Of a DNA stretch of 61,853 nucleotides, positions 9,395 to 20,675 are shown in pieces. The stretch's first letter is position 1, and each line of letters starts with the position of its first letter. The notes under the pieces are model-generated. The model had not been told where the DNA came from. It did not search any database and saw only the letters and a list, made by a program, of their open reading frames with translations. A program made the translations under genes and the position numbers. Origin of the DNA: an uncultured Gammaproteobacteria bacterium. Its GTDB lineage: Bacteria; Patescibacteriota; Microgenomatia; UBA8517. The stretch is from contig CAYSEQ010000005.1 of the NCBI GenBank assembly GCA_964430475.1, forward strand, positions 1 to 61,853, read 5' to 3'.

Positions 9395-10140
9395 AAGATA
9401 TTAAAAACGAATCCATACTTTTAGCAGAAATAGAAGGTAATAGATACAAGGTTATCTTTGAGAAAGAAAGTTTTCTTACATTTTGTTCTGCTAGTCTTTC
9501 AAAAGTTTTTTTGGCGGTTGAATTTTTAAGGCTTCTTGACGAAAAGAAAATAGTTAACAGGGTAATAACCATCTCTAAAGAAGACTTGGAGGGTTATGGT
9601 ACTGATGTTTTGTATGATTTATATAAGGAAGGAAATTTGATAAAAATCGATGGACTTACCCTAATGGGATTGATGATAAAGTATAGCTGTAATTCCTCTG
9701 CCCTTATTTTGTCTAGATATTTTCTACCCAGAAGAAAAGTTTTACAAAGGAATGCGCACAGAATTTGGGGTTTAAAAGATGTTACTTTGACTAGTAAGAG
9801 GGGTGAGATTTTAACTTATTTTTCGTTAATGGATTTTCTGATTTTATTTAAGTATATCTTTTCAAAAGAGGGTGAGAATTGGGATTTTTTGAGGGAAAAG
9901 TTGAAAACATCTCGTAATATTTATTATCTTTTTGATCAATTGGAGATTGACATCTTGGGTAGTAAGTCCGGCACGCAACATCTAAACGGTGTTTATTGGA
10001 TTAGTAATTGTGGGTTATTTCGCTTGAAAGATAAGGTTTATTTCGCAGGCGCAAGTGTAAGTAGTGATAAAATATCCTCAGCTGTTAATAGGATAAGAGA
10101 AATAGGTAAGGTGCTGATTGCTGTCGCGGCTGGAGGTTAA
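9391..10140 (+). CDS. Serine hydrolase of the class A beta-lactamase/PBP fold, no signal peptide
   Basis: SxxK (FCSASLSK), SxN (MIKYSCNSSA), KxG (GSKSGT); 4-nt ATGA overlap with the upstream gene. Confidence 0.75.
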   Translation: MKDIKNESILLAEIEGNRYKVIFEKESFLTFCSASLSKVFLAVEFLRLLDEKKIVNRVITISKEDLEGYGTDVLYDLYKEGNLIKIDGLTLMGLMIKYSCNSSALILSRYFLPRRKVLQRNAHRIWGLKDVTLTSKRGEILTYFSLMDFLILFKYIFSKEGENWDFLREKLKTSRNIYYLFDQLEIDILGSKSGTQHLNGVYWISNCGLFRLKDKVYFAGASVSSDKISSAVNRIREIGKVLIAVAAGG

Positions 10141-10486
10141 TGGAGATTATTTCTGTCCCTAGTTTAATTTTTAAGTCAATTGAAGTAATTAAAGCCAGTG
10201 TAATTTGGTTTTGCTCACCTGCGGAGTAATGCTTAGGTATGTTGTTAAATTCATTTTCCGATCTTGAGGCTTTATATACAGTTATGAGATACATTCAAAA
10301 TAAATTTATTTTTTTCTTGATTTTTAAAAGATAGTTGAATAAAGGCGTCTAATGTTTTTATACTGTTTTAGTGGCCCTGTCAAGAAAATTTTAGGATATT
10401 AGAAGTCAAGATATTCGAGGTAAGAATAAATAGCGGTTATAAAAATTATTAGATATATATAAAAAAATTAAAAGATAAATATCTTA

Positions 10487-13400
10487 GTGAAAAATTTTAA
10501 AATTTTATTTTTCAATAAAAATTCTTTTTGGATTAGCATTCTTCTTTTTCTTTTAACCTCTTTAGGAGCATATTATTCTTCTAACAGTCTTTTAGGGAAG
10601 AAAGAGCAATTAACTGAAACTCTGCAGCTGGAAGGACAAGGCCAAGTACAGTTCAAGCAAGGCAATCAGGAAGTCCAAGGAACAGTGTCAGGATATTTGA
10701 GGCCTCAGATCACATTTTTGGAGGGGACAAATGTTTTAATAGTGGAGGGTTGATACCGCTTGCTTCCACCGACGAGCCAGTTATAACTATAAGTGGGTAT
10801 GATCTAAAAGGTGATGCAGAAATCGAGATGTACGAAGCTGACGAGGGTTCGGTGATCAGGTATCTTGTCCACGATAAAGATGGAAATCAGATAAATAAGA
10901 ACCCAGATGTTAGCCAATTTCGATACATAACTTCGTTGAAGCAGAACCTGGGGACAGAAGGCTACACAAATACCAAAATTTCGCTTCCTTTTACAGAGAC
11001 AGGAATATTTTATCTAAAAGTCAAAATTGGTTCTATTAGCGCAGAATCCTTTGTTATAAGATCGAATTTTGGTGTTTTGGTAAGGGAGGGAGATAATCAG
11101 TTTATATTTTGGGGGCAAGATTTCAAGACCAAAAGAAGCGTTTCGGATGGAGTGATAAGGATAATGGATTTGCAGGATATTCCTAAGGAACTCCAGATAG
11201 TTTCCTTCGACACAGAGGGAATTGCTCGAGCAGATATTAATGCTATGGCAGATATAGCATTGGTTCAAAGGGGAGCTGATCGAGCAATTGTGCCTTTGAA
11301 TTTGAAATACATGAATCGTGAGAGTTATTATAAAGATTTTATACCGAAAGGAAGACCACTGAGGTATTTTATTTTTACTGATAGACCTCTTTATAAACCC
11401 GGAGACACCGTTTATTTTAAAGCAATTTTAAGAAATGATGACGATGCAAGATATTCGATTCCATCTGGAGAAGCCCTAGTGAGGATTTATAGATCCTCAA
11501 TTGATGCAAAGGTGGTCTTTGAGAAGAAAATTTCAATTTCAGAGAGAGGAACGATAGAAGGTCAATACCAAATTCCAGAAGATTCTAAAGTTGGTAATTA
11601 TCAATTGAGTGTAAATATTGATTCTCAAGTTGGGGAAGCTGATTATTGGAGTCATGAATTTTCATCTGGTTCAACTTCATTCGGCATTGAATACTTTAGA
11701 AAACCTGAGTTTTTTATTGATATCACAGCCCCTGTAACAGAATTGATAGCAGGCGATCGACTTACCTTCAAAATTAGTGGAACTTATTTTTCGGGTCAAC
11801 CCTTAATTGGTCAAAAAGTAAAATATGTAGTTTATTCGTCTGACTACTACCAGTACGATTATCTAACCAATCGACAAAAACCGATATTAAGTGATAACTA
11901 TAGATATGGCTATTGGACTGGTGGAATAGTTACAGAAGGAAATACAATACTGAATAAAGACGGGGAGGCAGAGGTAAATCTTGATACTAAGGTTAATTTT
12001 AGCGTGGGTTTAAATAAAATTTTTTCTATAGAGGTTACTACTGAAGGTGAAGTACAAAGCCCCGCTTTTAGTAGGAAAAACATCTTAATCTATTCTGGGG
12101 AGTATGCAATATTCAGGAAGGATGTAGGGCGAAATGAAAAAGTAAATACAACTGTTGACTTACCCATTATATTAATTCCGTACAATAACAACTTTAGTGT
12201 TTCAGAAGTGGAATTGAAGGCAAAGATTCAACGTAGTGATTGGATCAAGTATGATGACCCAAACCAAAAGTATCCAGTCTATAAAGAAGTAAGAGAAAGT
12301 TTACCCGATATCTTTACAAAAACGGACAGTCAAGGTGAGGCCAATTTTAGGTTTACTCCCTCCAAGACTGGATTATATACGTTGACAGTTGAAGGTAAAG
12401 ACTCTCGAGGGAATTTAATATCTCATGAGTTTTTCATTTATGTCACTGAGGAAGGACAGCCAGTATATGAAAAGGACAAAGTCTTTAAAGATATATCCAT
12501 ATCGGCTGATAAACGGAAATACTTTCCTAATGAATCCGTAAGGTTTTACATTTATTCTGAGATTCCTGATAGAGATATCTTCTTGTCATTAGAAAGGGGT
12601 AGGCTTGATAGATTTCGAGTTGTCCACCTTGATGGTAAAAATACTTATGTTGATATCCCCCTTGTCAACACTGATATACCTAATATATATGCTAATGTTT
12701 CAAGCTTCTCCGATAAAAGCTTAAATTTTGACGAAATTAACTTGAGTGTCTCGTCAGATAGCAAAAAAGTTGTTATAAATATAACTCCTAATAGTAAAAG
12801 ATTCGGTCCTGGGGAGACTGTGACTGTTGATATCCTTACTACAGATGTAGAGGGTAAACCTGTCTCAGGGGATCTTGCTTTATGGGCAGTTGATAAAGCT
12901 ATATTTGAACTTTCGTATAGTAGACTTGGGAATATATTTGATACTTTTTGGAAGGAGAGGTTTAATTCAACAAGCAGAGCCCATTCATTAGAAGGTATTT
13001 TTTTCTATGTTCCTGCGGAAATGGGTGGTTGTTTTGTTGGGGGAACTAAGGTTTTGATGGCTGATGGTAAGCTGAAGAACATAGAAGATGTTAAGATAGG
13101 GGATTATGTTTTGACGAGAAAGAGTGGTTACGATTCCACATTGGTCAAAGCGAGAGTTCTTAAAACTTACAAAGCTGAGGAGTCAGGTTATTTGATAATC
13201 AACGGAAATCTTAAAGTTACAGCTGACCACATAGTTTGGTCAAACGACGCCTGGAAGGAGGCTGGGAGTATTCAGATCGGGGACACCCTACTTGACGATA
13301 AAGGAAGGAAACTGAAGGTAAATTCTATCGAATGGCAGACGGAGAAGGTTAGTGTCTATAACCTTTTGGTTGAAAATTACCATAGCTATTTTGCAAATGG

Positions 13401-15795
13401 CATTTGGGTTCACAATGATAAAGTTTCTGCAAGAACTGTCTATAAAGATACAGCTTATTGGAACCCCTCGATTAGTACTGATTCGTCAGGCAGGGCACAA
13501 GTGAGGTTTAAATTACCCGATAATCTAACAACTTGGGTGATAGCTGCGGTTGCAGCAACAGCTGATACACAAGTTGGGCAGAGTACAACTGAAATTGTTG
13601 TTACAAAAGATGTAATAATTCGCCCAATACTACCTAATATATTTCGTAAAGGAGATGAGGTTGTAGTTTCAGCGTTAGTTCAAAACTTTACCCAGCAGGA
13701 TCACACTTTTGAAGTAGGCCTTGAATTTGATTCGGGGGAAGTGGAGCAAGAAGAACAAAATTCTGCGCTGATAAAATCTAACACAATGCAGAAGTTTCAC
13801 TGGAAGATAAAGCCAACGAAGGAAAATGAGAGATCAAAGCTTGTTTTTTCAGCAAAGGTTAAGGATAACCCTAGCTTGTCTGATATTGTTAGACAAGAAA
13901 TTCCTATAAGAGCTTTCGGTTTTGAAGAGGAAAGAGGGGAATCGGGAGAGGGAACGAAAAGTTATAACATTAAGCTTGCAGTTGATATCGACAAAGATAA
14001 ATCAAAAATTACTTTGTACTTAACGCCTAATATCCTAAGTTCTCTTCAACCAACTATGAAATATTTAATCAATTATCCTTATGGATGTGTAGAACAAACC
14101 ACCAGTAGATTTGTACCAGCGATTATAGCAAAGACCAACCCTGATTTATTTTCGGATGTTCCCGAAGATAAGAACTTGGATAAAATAATACAAAAAAGTA
14201 TCGAACTTCTCACAAGCCAGCAACAGAAGGATGGAGGTTGGACTTGGTGGTTTAGGGGCAGATCGGACCCCTTTATAGTTTCTTATGTTATAGAATATCT
14301 TTTACAAGCAAAGAAGTTAGGTTTCAAGGTTGAGGATGAGGTACTAGCTAGAGCCAAGAGATATTTAGAGGAAGAATTTACCTTTGACCCAAATACTGGC
14401 CAAAAAATACCATACAATAAAGAGGAGTCAATCGCAAAGAATTACGGTCTAATTTTGCTTGGTGAAAAAGAAAAGGTTAAGCGATTGACTGACCTTAATA
14501 ATATAAGCCCCGATTTTCTATCCATTGCGGTAATGGCTAATTATCTAAATGGTGATAAAAACCCACAGAGTAATGGTTTGATTCAACTTTCCTCGTTAGC
14601 AAAAACTCAAGGGGATGTTGTTTTCTGGGAAGCAGGGAATAAATTAAATTTTGGTTCAAAAGAAGCATCGACTGCTTTAGCTATAAGAGCTCTTCTTCTT
14701 GCCGGAGGAGATAGAGATTTAGTGATTAAAGGAGCAAAATATCTAATTCGACACAAAAACCTATATTGGTCAAATACTTTTGCAGCATCCCAGGCAGTAA
14801 GAGCTTTGGCTGAGTTTTCGAATACATTTAAACAGCTAGAGCCAAATTATAGTTACATTGTTACCTTGGATGGGAAGCAAATTTCCCAAGGAAAAGTTAC
14901 TGATGCAAAACAAGTCATAAAAGAGATTGATGTACCAATTTCAAAAATAAGACCAGATGGTTCGACACTTTCTGTGGTTAAAGAAGGTGAAGGACAAATT
15001 TATTCGACTCTATTAGTGAGAGAGTTTCATACAGATAAAAATGCTAAGGCTGTAAATCGCGGTTTTTCGATCAAAAAAGAATTTGTTAATGAAAGAGGAT
15101 TGGGTTTTAGCTTTGGAGTTGGAGATATCGTTATTGTAAAAATTACAGTAAAAGGTTTACAAGCAGAAGAAAATTATGGTGTTATCAAGGACGATTTGCC
15201 TGCGGGTTTGGTTCCTATAAACCAATCATTTAAAAATGAGAGATTCAACCAACCGGATTATTATGGGTATGGGGGTTTGGTAGGTGGAGAAGTAACAGAG
15301 AATGGGATTATTTTGTCGCTTTATAAAATAAATGCTGGTGAAAACATTTACACTTATAGGGCAAGGGTAGTTAATGCAGGAAAGTTTATCGTTCCTCCAG
15401 TTTCTATTTCACTGATGTATTCTCCTGAGATCTCTGGAGTATCGGAGGTAGGGTCAATTGAGGTAGTTGAAGAATCTAAATATATCGGAATTGAGTCAAT
15501 TGTTGAAAAGAGTAGAGAAAGCGTGAGGAGTACCCTGAATCAAAAAGAAAATCTTATTAGTTTATTTCTGATAGTCATTTTAACATTGACAGTTCTATCT
15601 TATTTATTCCTTAGGAATGGAGGAATTGTAAAAATAAAGGTTTTCAAAAGTCGATTGGCTAACTTAGTTAAGGATAAGGTTAAAAAACTTTTTAGAGTAG
15701 GAGAGCATTATCGATCAGAAGCAATTACAAGAAGGGTAAAAAGTGATAATTTTCCAGGCTCTTCTAATGATGACAAAAATAGTGGTGATAGTTAA
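10487..15795 (+). CDS. Alpha-2-macroglobulin family thioester protein with Hint insertion; N-terminal 10487-10719 is out of frame with the main ORF 10750-15795
   Basis: FIFTDRPLYKPGDTVYF (MG2), DTAYWNP, FKLPDNLTTW, YPYGCVEQ thioester (14086-14097), YTYRARVVNAGKFIVPP; signal/TM segment in the 10487 ORF; C-terminal TM. Confidence 0.92.
13030..13416 (+). other. Hint (intein-like, BIL/PT-HINT type) domain, 129 aa, no homing endonuclease
   Basis: CFVGGTKVLMADG (block A), VTADH (TxxH, block B), VYNLLVENYHSYFANG (block F), VHN (block G) followed by Asp. Confidence 0.92.
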
Positions 15796-16689
15796 AGTAT
15801 TTTTCATTGTCTTCTTATTGGTAGTAACAGGGTCTGTCTTTTATAGTAAATCTTCTTACCCCGTTTATAAAAGTAGTGTCCCGACTACATCGGAAACTAC
15901 TTATAATTTAAAAATTAACCCTGTGCACTGGATTAAATTTTTTGATGAACAAACGTTTTTTTGGCGATAAATAGAAGTAAGAATAAACTATCATTTTCGA
16001 CTCGCGTAAGGGGTGGAATAATTCCCCACCATTTGCTGGTTTCGGATGTAATAGCGGATTTTTTTAGTAGGCTTTCAACTCAAAAACCTACAACAATTAT
16101 TTTAGTTGGACCAAATCATTACGAAAGAGGTAATTTTGAGGCATTGACGAGTCTTTACGATTGGGAAACCCCATTAGGTATTGTTCATGCTGATGAATCT
16201 ATAATTGGCGCACTTATTGGAAGTCAGTTAGTAGTGGTTGACGAAAAGACTCTACCAGATGATCATTCCTTATCGGCTATTATGCCTTTTATTAAATATT
16301 ATTTACCTGATGCGAAAGTAGTACCTATTTTAGTAAGTAGAAGTTTATCGAAAGAAGAATCGGAGATCCTAGCTACCAAGTTGAGTAGTTTGTTTAATGA
16401 TAATACTGTAGTAGTTGCTTCAGTTGACTTTTCGCATTATTTATCAAGTACCGAGGCGAGAGATAAAGACGAAATTACTCTTCAGATATTAAAAGAATTT
16501 GATTACCAAAGATTGTATTTGCTAGATAACGACTATTTAGATAGTCCAGCATCTGTTGGGATTTTGCTTATGACAATGCAGAAATTAGGTAGTACAAATA
16601 TGGAGATTTTATTCCACACAAATTCCGGAGAAATACTTAACAACAAGTTCATTCCCACTACCAGTTACTTTGAAATTGTTTATTATTAG
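15767..16689 (+). CDS. MEMO1/AmmeMemoRadiSam protein B family with N-terminal membrane anchor; split by a frameshift at T7 15956-15962
   Basis: GGIIPHH, LVGPNH, DHS, VVASVDFSHY; upstream frame gives a TM segment and ...KFFDEQTFF; adding one T joins FF-LAINRSKNK. Confidence 0.8.
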
Positions 16690-16890
16690 TTTTTACCCCC
16701 TTAGCTGTTTGCACGCTTTTGGATAGCGTTCATCTTTGAGAATTGGTAAATACTATTAGAAATTTGTTAAATTTAGGGTGTTAAAATTTAATAAACTAGC
16801 GAAGAAATTTATATTCAACAAGTTATTTTGGCTTTGTCAAAAATAATAAAATAATGTTAATATGGATAAAGCGCTGAGACAAATTGAAAA

Positions 16891-17295
16891 ATGCCTATTA
16901 AATGCGTTGAATTCGGAAGTGGGGGATTTCCTTTTAATCCAAGCGAGGATATTGAGGATCAAATAACCGCTGCCTTGTCGGATGTTAAAAATTATACTGA
17001 AAAAACTTTTGAACCTGGAATATATGACCTTACACCGAAAGAATGGGAGGATCCGAATTTTAGATATTGGTTGAAGGTAGAAAATGACGGGACAGGGAGG
17101 ATCTTGATGATTCCATTTGTTGAAGGTGCAAGATCTAAGTTTGTTGAAAATCGGGAATGGCAAGCAGGATATCGGGAATTTTGGTTGCGTCCGGATAGCG
17201 AGAAAGTGGTTATTGCTGGGGGTAGTAGAGAAAGTAGTACAGGGTTGGCTTTATATAAATTGATCTTTTATGTGGAATCTTCAGGTAGCGTTTAA
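16891..17295 (+). CDS. Hypothetical protein
   Basis: 134-aa ORF, ATG start, isolated, coding-like composition. Confidence 0.55.
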   Translation: MPIKCVEFGSGGFPFNPSEDIEDQITAALSDVKNYTEKTFEPGIYDLTPKEWEDPNFRYWLKVENDGTGRILMIPFVEGARSKFVENREWQAGYREFWLRPDSEKVVIAGGSRESSTGLALYKLIFYVESSGSV

Positions 17296-17362
17296 AAAAT
17301 TGGAGATTTGCTTTATAAAAAATATAAAAAGTAGGACATTTAGCAAACGAGTCTAATAGTTC

Positions 17363-18514
17363 TTAGTCTTTGATAAATTCTTTAATCTTTAGTGTATTTC
17401 TTTTATTATTAAGTACAGCTAAAACCTTAGGATAGTTTTTCATAAGCCTATTTTTAATTTTAACCGCTTTGATAATTTTTTCAGCCAAGTCCTCGGAATC
17501 TTCTTTTTCAAAGATTAATCCAAATCCGGTTTTTTTGACTAAAAATCTTGCTCCTGGAATATTTGCAACGATTGAGGGGTTTTTATGAAGCACTGCTTCG
17601 GCTTGAACCAGAGGGAAGCAATCGCTTCGTGAAGGGACAATGATAAAGTCAATCGTTTGGTAAAATTTCGCAAGTTGTTTGCTATCCAAAAGGCCAAGAA
17701 AGGTCAAGTGTTTTTTAAGTTTTTGGACTTCTTTTTTTAAAGATTCAAAGGTTTTTTCGTATTGAATATTGGTTTCTCCTGCAAAAACAAAATGCACCTG
17801 GGGAATTTTTTCAATAACTTGGGGTATCGCTTTAAATAATACATCAAATCCCTTTTCTTCGACAAATCTTCCCGCAAAACCGAAAAGTATCCCTTTTTTT
17901 CTTTTTAGTGTTTTTATTTTCGCTAAAGACCTATTTGGTTTGGAAGTTGAAAGAAATTTTTCATTAAGATCTATTGGCGGAATAATGGGGATAAATTTTT
18001 TAAGAAAATATTTTAGAATTCTTGAATTTTTTGCATAATCTTGAGTGTATGTAGAGACTTTATTAGATAAAAGACAGGCAGTTAGGGTAGAAACATCAAA
18101 GATTCTTTCAATAAACCAATTTGTTACTCCTTTAGGCAAGATGAGGTCTCCTTGGTGAAAGATAAGAATCTTTTTCCTTGAGATTTTGGCGATGATGCTA
18201 ATCGGTAGTATTAGAGAAAGTGGGCTATTAAGAAAGACGACATCGTGTTGGGGAAGTATCCTTATAAACTTAGTGATTAAAGAAAGTGATATCTTAGCTC
18301 GACTTAAGGAAAATAGATAATCTTCTCGGATTATTTTGATTTTTTCGATAAAATCCTGTTTTTTTAGGTTTTGTTGATGGCGGACGGTTAGGACGCAAAA
18401 CTCAAATTCTTTTTGAAGACTTTTTGCGATGTTAAAAACCGATTTAACAATTCCTGTCCAGTGGGGATAAAAGTAATCGCTAACGATAAGAACTCTTTGT
18501 TTATTTGACGACAT
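17363..18514 (-). CDS. Glycosyltransferase family 4 (GT-B)
   Basis: VLIVSDYFYPHWTGI, FAGRFVEEKGFDVL, IVPSRSDCFPLVQAEA. Confidence 0.9.
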   Translation of the reverse strand: MSSNKQRVLIVSDYFYPHWTGIVKSVFNIAKSLQKEFEFCVLTVRHQQNLKKQDFIEKIKIIREDYLFSLSRAKISLSLITKFIRILPQHDVVFLNSPLSLILPISIIAKISRKKILIFHQGDLILPKGVTNWFIERIFDVSTLTACLLSNKVSTYTQDYAKNSRILKYFLKKFIPIIPPIDLNEKFLSTSKPNRSLAKIKTLKRKKGILFGFAGRFVEEKGFDVLFKAIPQVIEKIPQVHFVFAGETNIQYEKTFESLKKEVQKLKKHLTFLGLLDSKQLAKFYQTIDFIIVPSRSDCFPLVQAEAVLHKNPSIVANIPGARFLVKKTGFGLIFEKEDSEDLAEKIIKAVKIKNRLMKNYPKVLAVLNNKRNTLKIKEFIKD

Positions 18515-18786
18515 TTTTAATATTTTATTCTTGAGTTAGTGCTAAAGTTTGATCTAAATTTAACGATTCAAAAACGCAAATTATATAAGGTATTTTATCT
18601 TTTAATTCCATTGAATGTACAGTGTTAAAGACTTTTCCATTTAAAGTTTTTTATTCTAGTTTTTTGGGAAGTTGTAGTAAAGAGGATTTATAAAAGTATC
18701 TATATTTTGTAGGGTTTGGTGTTAATTAATAGTTTATAATTTAAAGAGAGGTTAACAAATTCCCAAGTTTTTTAAAGACTTGGTTT

Positions 18787-19782
18787 ATGAATATAAGAAA
18801 GAAAAAAATTTTAGTAATAGGAGGAGGAACAGGAACTTATACCGTACTTTCAGGGCTAAGAGAATTTCCAGTAGATCTTGGGGTTATCGTCTCAATGATG
18901 GATGATGGCGGAAGCAATCGCGTGATTCGAGATGAATTTGGTTTACTTCCAACCTCAGATATTAGACAGTGCATAGTAGCGTTATCTAAACAAAGACCAA
19001 ACGACCTTATCAGGAAGCTGTTTACTTATCGTTTCAATTCGGGTGTGGGTATAAGTGGTATGACATTTGGAAATTTGTTCATGGCCGCACTTACTGACAT
19101 CTATGGCTCCCAGAAAAAAGCGATTGAAAAAACTTGTGAATTTCTCAAGGTTAAAGGAAAAATTATACCTGTTACATACGAGAAAACGAATTTAGTTGCT
19201 CTTTATAGCAATGGAAGTCAAGTTTTAGGAGAGCATGAAATAGATGAACCACCAGAACACTTAGCGGGATATAGGATAGTAGAAATAGGTGTTTTTCCAA
19301 AAGTAAAGGCTAATCCAAAAGCAATTCAGGCAATAAATGAGGCAGACTTAGTAGTTCTTGGTCCTGGAGATTTATATACTAGTGTACTTCCAAATTTGGT
19401 TATAGAAGGAGTTGCGCAGGCGTTGAGGAAAGCCAAAGCTAAGGTTATCTTTGTTATGAATCTTATGACTCGTTGGGGACAGACAAATAACTATACTGCT
19501 TATGATTTCTTTAGCGAGGTTGAAAAGTATTTAGTTAAGGGTAGGCTGGACTATGTTTTAGTAAACAAGGGGAAAATTCCGAAAAAGGCGCTAGAATGGT
19601 ATAAGAGGGTTAAATCTGTCCCTGTAAAGGATGATCTTGAGGGTAAGGTTAAGGCGAAAGTAATAAGGGGAGATTTTGTTTCCAATAAAATTTACACGAA
19701 AACTCCAAGTGATACTTTGACAAGGAGTTTGGTACGCCACGATTCAGCTCAACTTGCAAAAGCGATAATTTCACTAATCTAA
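18787..19782 (+). CDS. yvcK: YvcK/UPF0052 (CofD-like) uridine-nucleotide-binding protein
   Basis: GGGTG, DDGGS, SDIRQC, GPGDLYTSVLPNL. Confidence 0.9.
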   Translation: MNIRKKKILVIGGGTGTYTVLSGLREFPVDLGVIVSMMDDGGSNRVIRDEFGLLPTSDIRQCIVALSKQRPNDLIRKLFTYRFNSGVGISGMTFGNLFMAALTDIYGSQKKAIEKTCEFLKVKGKIIPVTYEKTNLVALYSNGSQVLGEHEIDEPPEHLAGYRIVEIGVFPKVKANPKAIQAINEADLVVLGPGDLYTSVLPNLVIEGVAQALRKAKAKVIFVMNLMTRWGQTNNYTAYDFFSEVEKYLVKGRLDYVLVNKGKIPKKALEWYKRVKSVPVKDDLEGKVKAKVIRGDFVSNKIYTKTPSDTLTRSLVRHDSAQLAKAIISLI

Positions 19783-19783
19783 A

Positions 19784-20617
19784 ATGGAAATAACCACCAA
19801 ATTAGTAAATCCAGAACATATCTACGATAACTTTCGACAAAAGGTTGCCACTTCTTACATCAAACACGAGTTTAGAAACCTTCTAAGAAGGGTGCCGAAA
19901 GAAAGCTGGAAGGCTATAGACAGAGATATTTCAGATTGGGTTAAATCTCCAGAATTAGCAAAACCGCGGGATTTTTGGAATGGATTTCATGGAATTTGTA
20001 TGGGGTTTAAATTAAAAATCGGTCTTATCTATTTTGTGACTGCTGAAAATGTTTCTTGGCAGAAGAAAAGTATGAATATTTCAGACTTATGGTTTGGTGT
20101 TGAACTTCAACAGACTAAAGTAGTGGGGGATGGGAAATTGCCAGCTTATGAGGTAATGAAATTTTATCGTGTCCCAAAGAATGCCCAGGAAAGAAGAAAA
20201 CAACTTAATTTTACCCTAAACCTTACTCGGAAAACTTTAGCTAGAGATAAACATCCGATTATTGTTGTCCAAAAGAAAAAAGATAATAAACTTATTTATT
20301 CTGTTTACGATGGTAATAGAAGATTAGCAAAGGCAATCCTGCAAGGAAAAGATAAAATTACTGCCTTTGTCGGTAGTTTTACAAAAGGCGATCAACCAGT
20401 AAACTACTGGATTCCAACAACCATATTGACGGAGAATTTATATTTTGCCAGAAATGCATTCGAAAGGGGAGATAAAAAAATATTTTCAGATTATTTATCA
20501 ATATTAGAAGATATGATTAGTAAATCAGAAAGCGCAAAGTATGAATTAAGAGAGCGGGCATTAATTGGCGATCAGGCATTTAAGGATGAGGTTTTGAAGT
20601 ATTTAAAATTTATTTAG
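19784..20617 (+). CDS. Hypothetical protein with a ParB/Srx-like motif
   Basis: HPIIVV...YSVYDGNRRLAKA; 1 nt downstream of yvcK. Confidence 0.55.
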   Translation: MEITTKLVNPEHIYDNFRQKVATSYIKHEFRNLLRRVPKESWKAIDRDISDWVKSPELAKPRDFWNGFHGICMGFKLKIGLIYFVTAENVSWQKKSMNISDLWFGVELQQTKVVGDGKLPAYEVMKFYRVPKNAQERRKQLNFTLNLTRKTLARDKHPIIVVQKKKDNKLIYSVYDGNRRLAKAILQGKDKITAFVGSFTKGDQPVNYWIPTTILTENLYFARNAFERGDKKIFSDYLSILEDMISKSESAKYELRERALIGDQAFKDEVLKYLKFI

Positions 20618-20675
20618 TATTTGGAGATTGAGTAATAAAAATAGTAACTTCTTTCTAGGTGGAATATTATTAAAA

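Noticed and set aside
10085-10294. 69-aa minus-strand ORF between the hydrolase and the A2M
   Set aside because: Overlaps the hydrolase 3' end and has no motif; could be a decayed fragment but is unsupported
13030-13416. Hint domain as a canonical mobile intein
   Set aside because: No homing endonuclease, the +1 residue is Asp rather than Cys/Ser/Thr, block F has Asn in place of Asp, and the host is not a typical intein target; treated as BIL/PT-HINT
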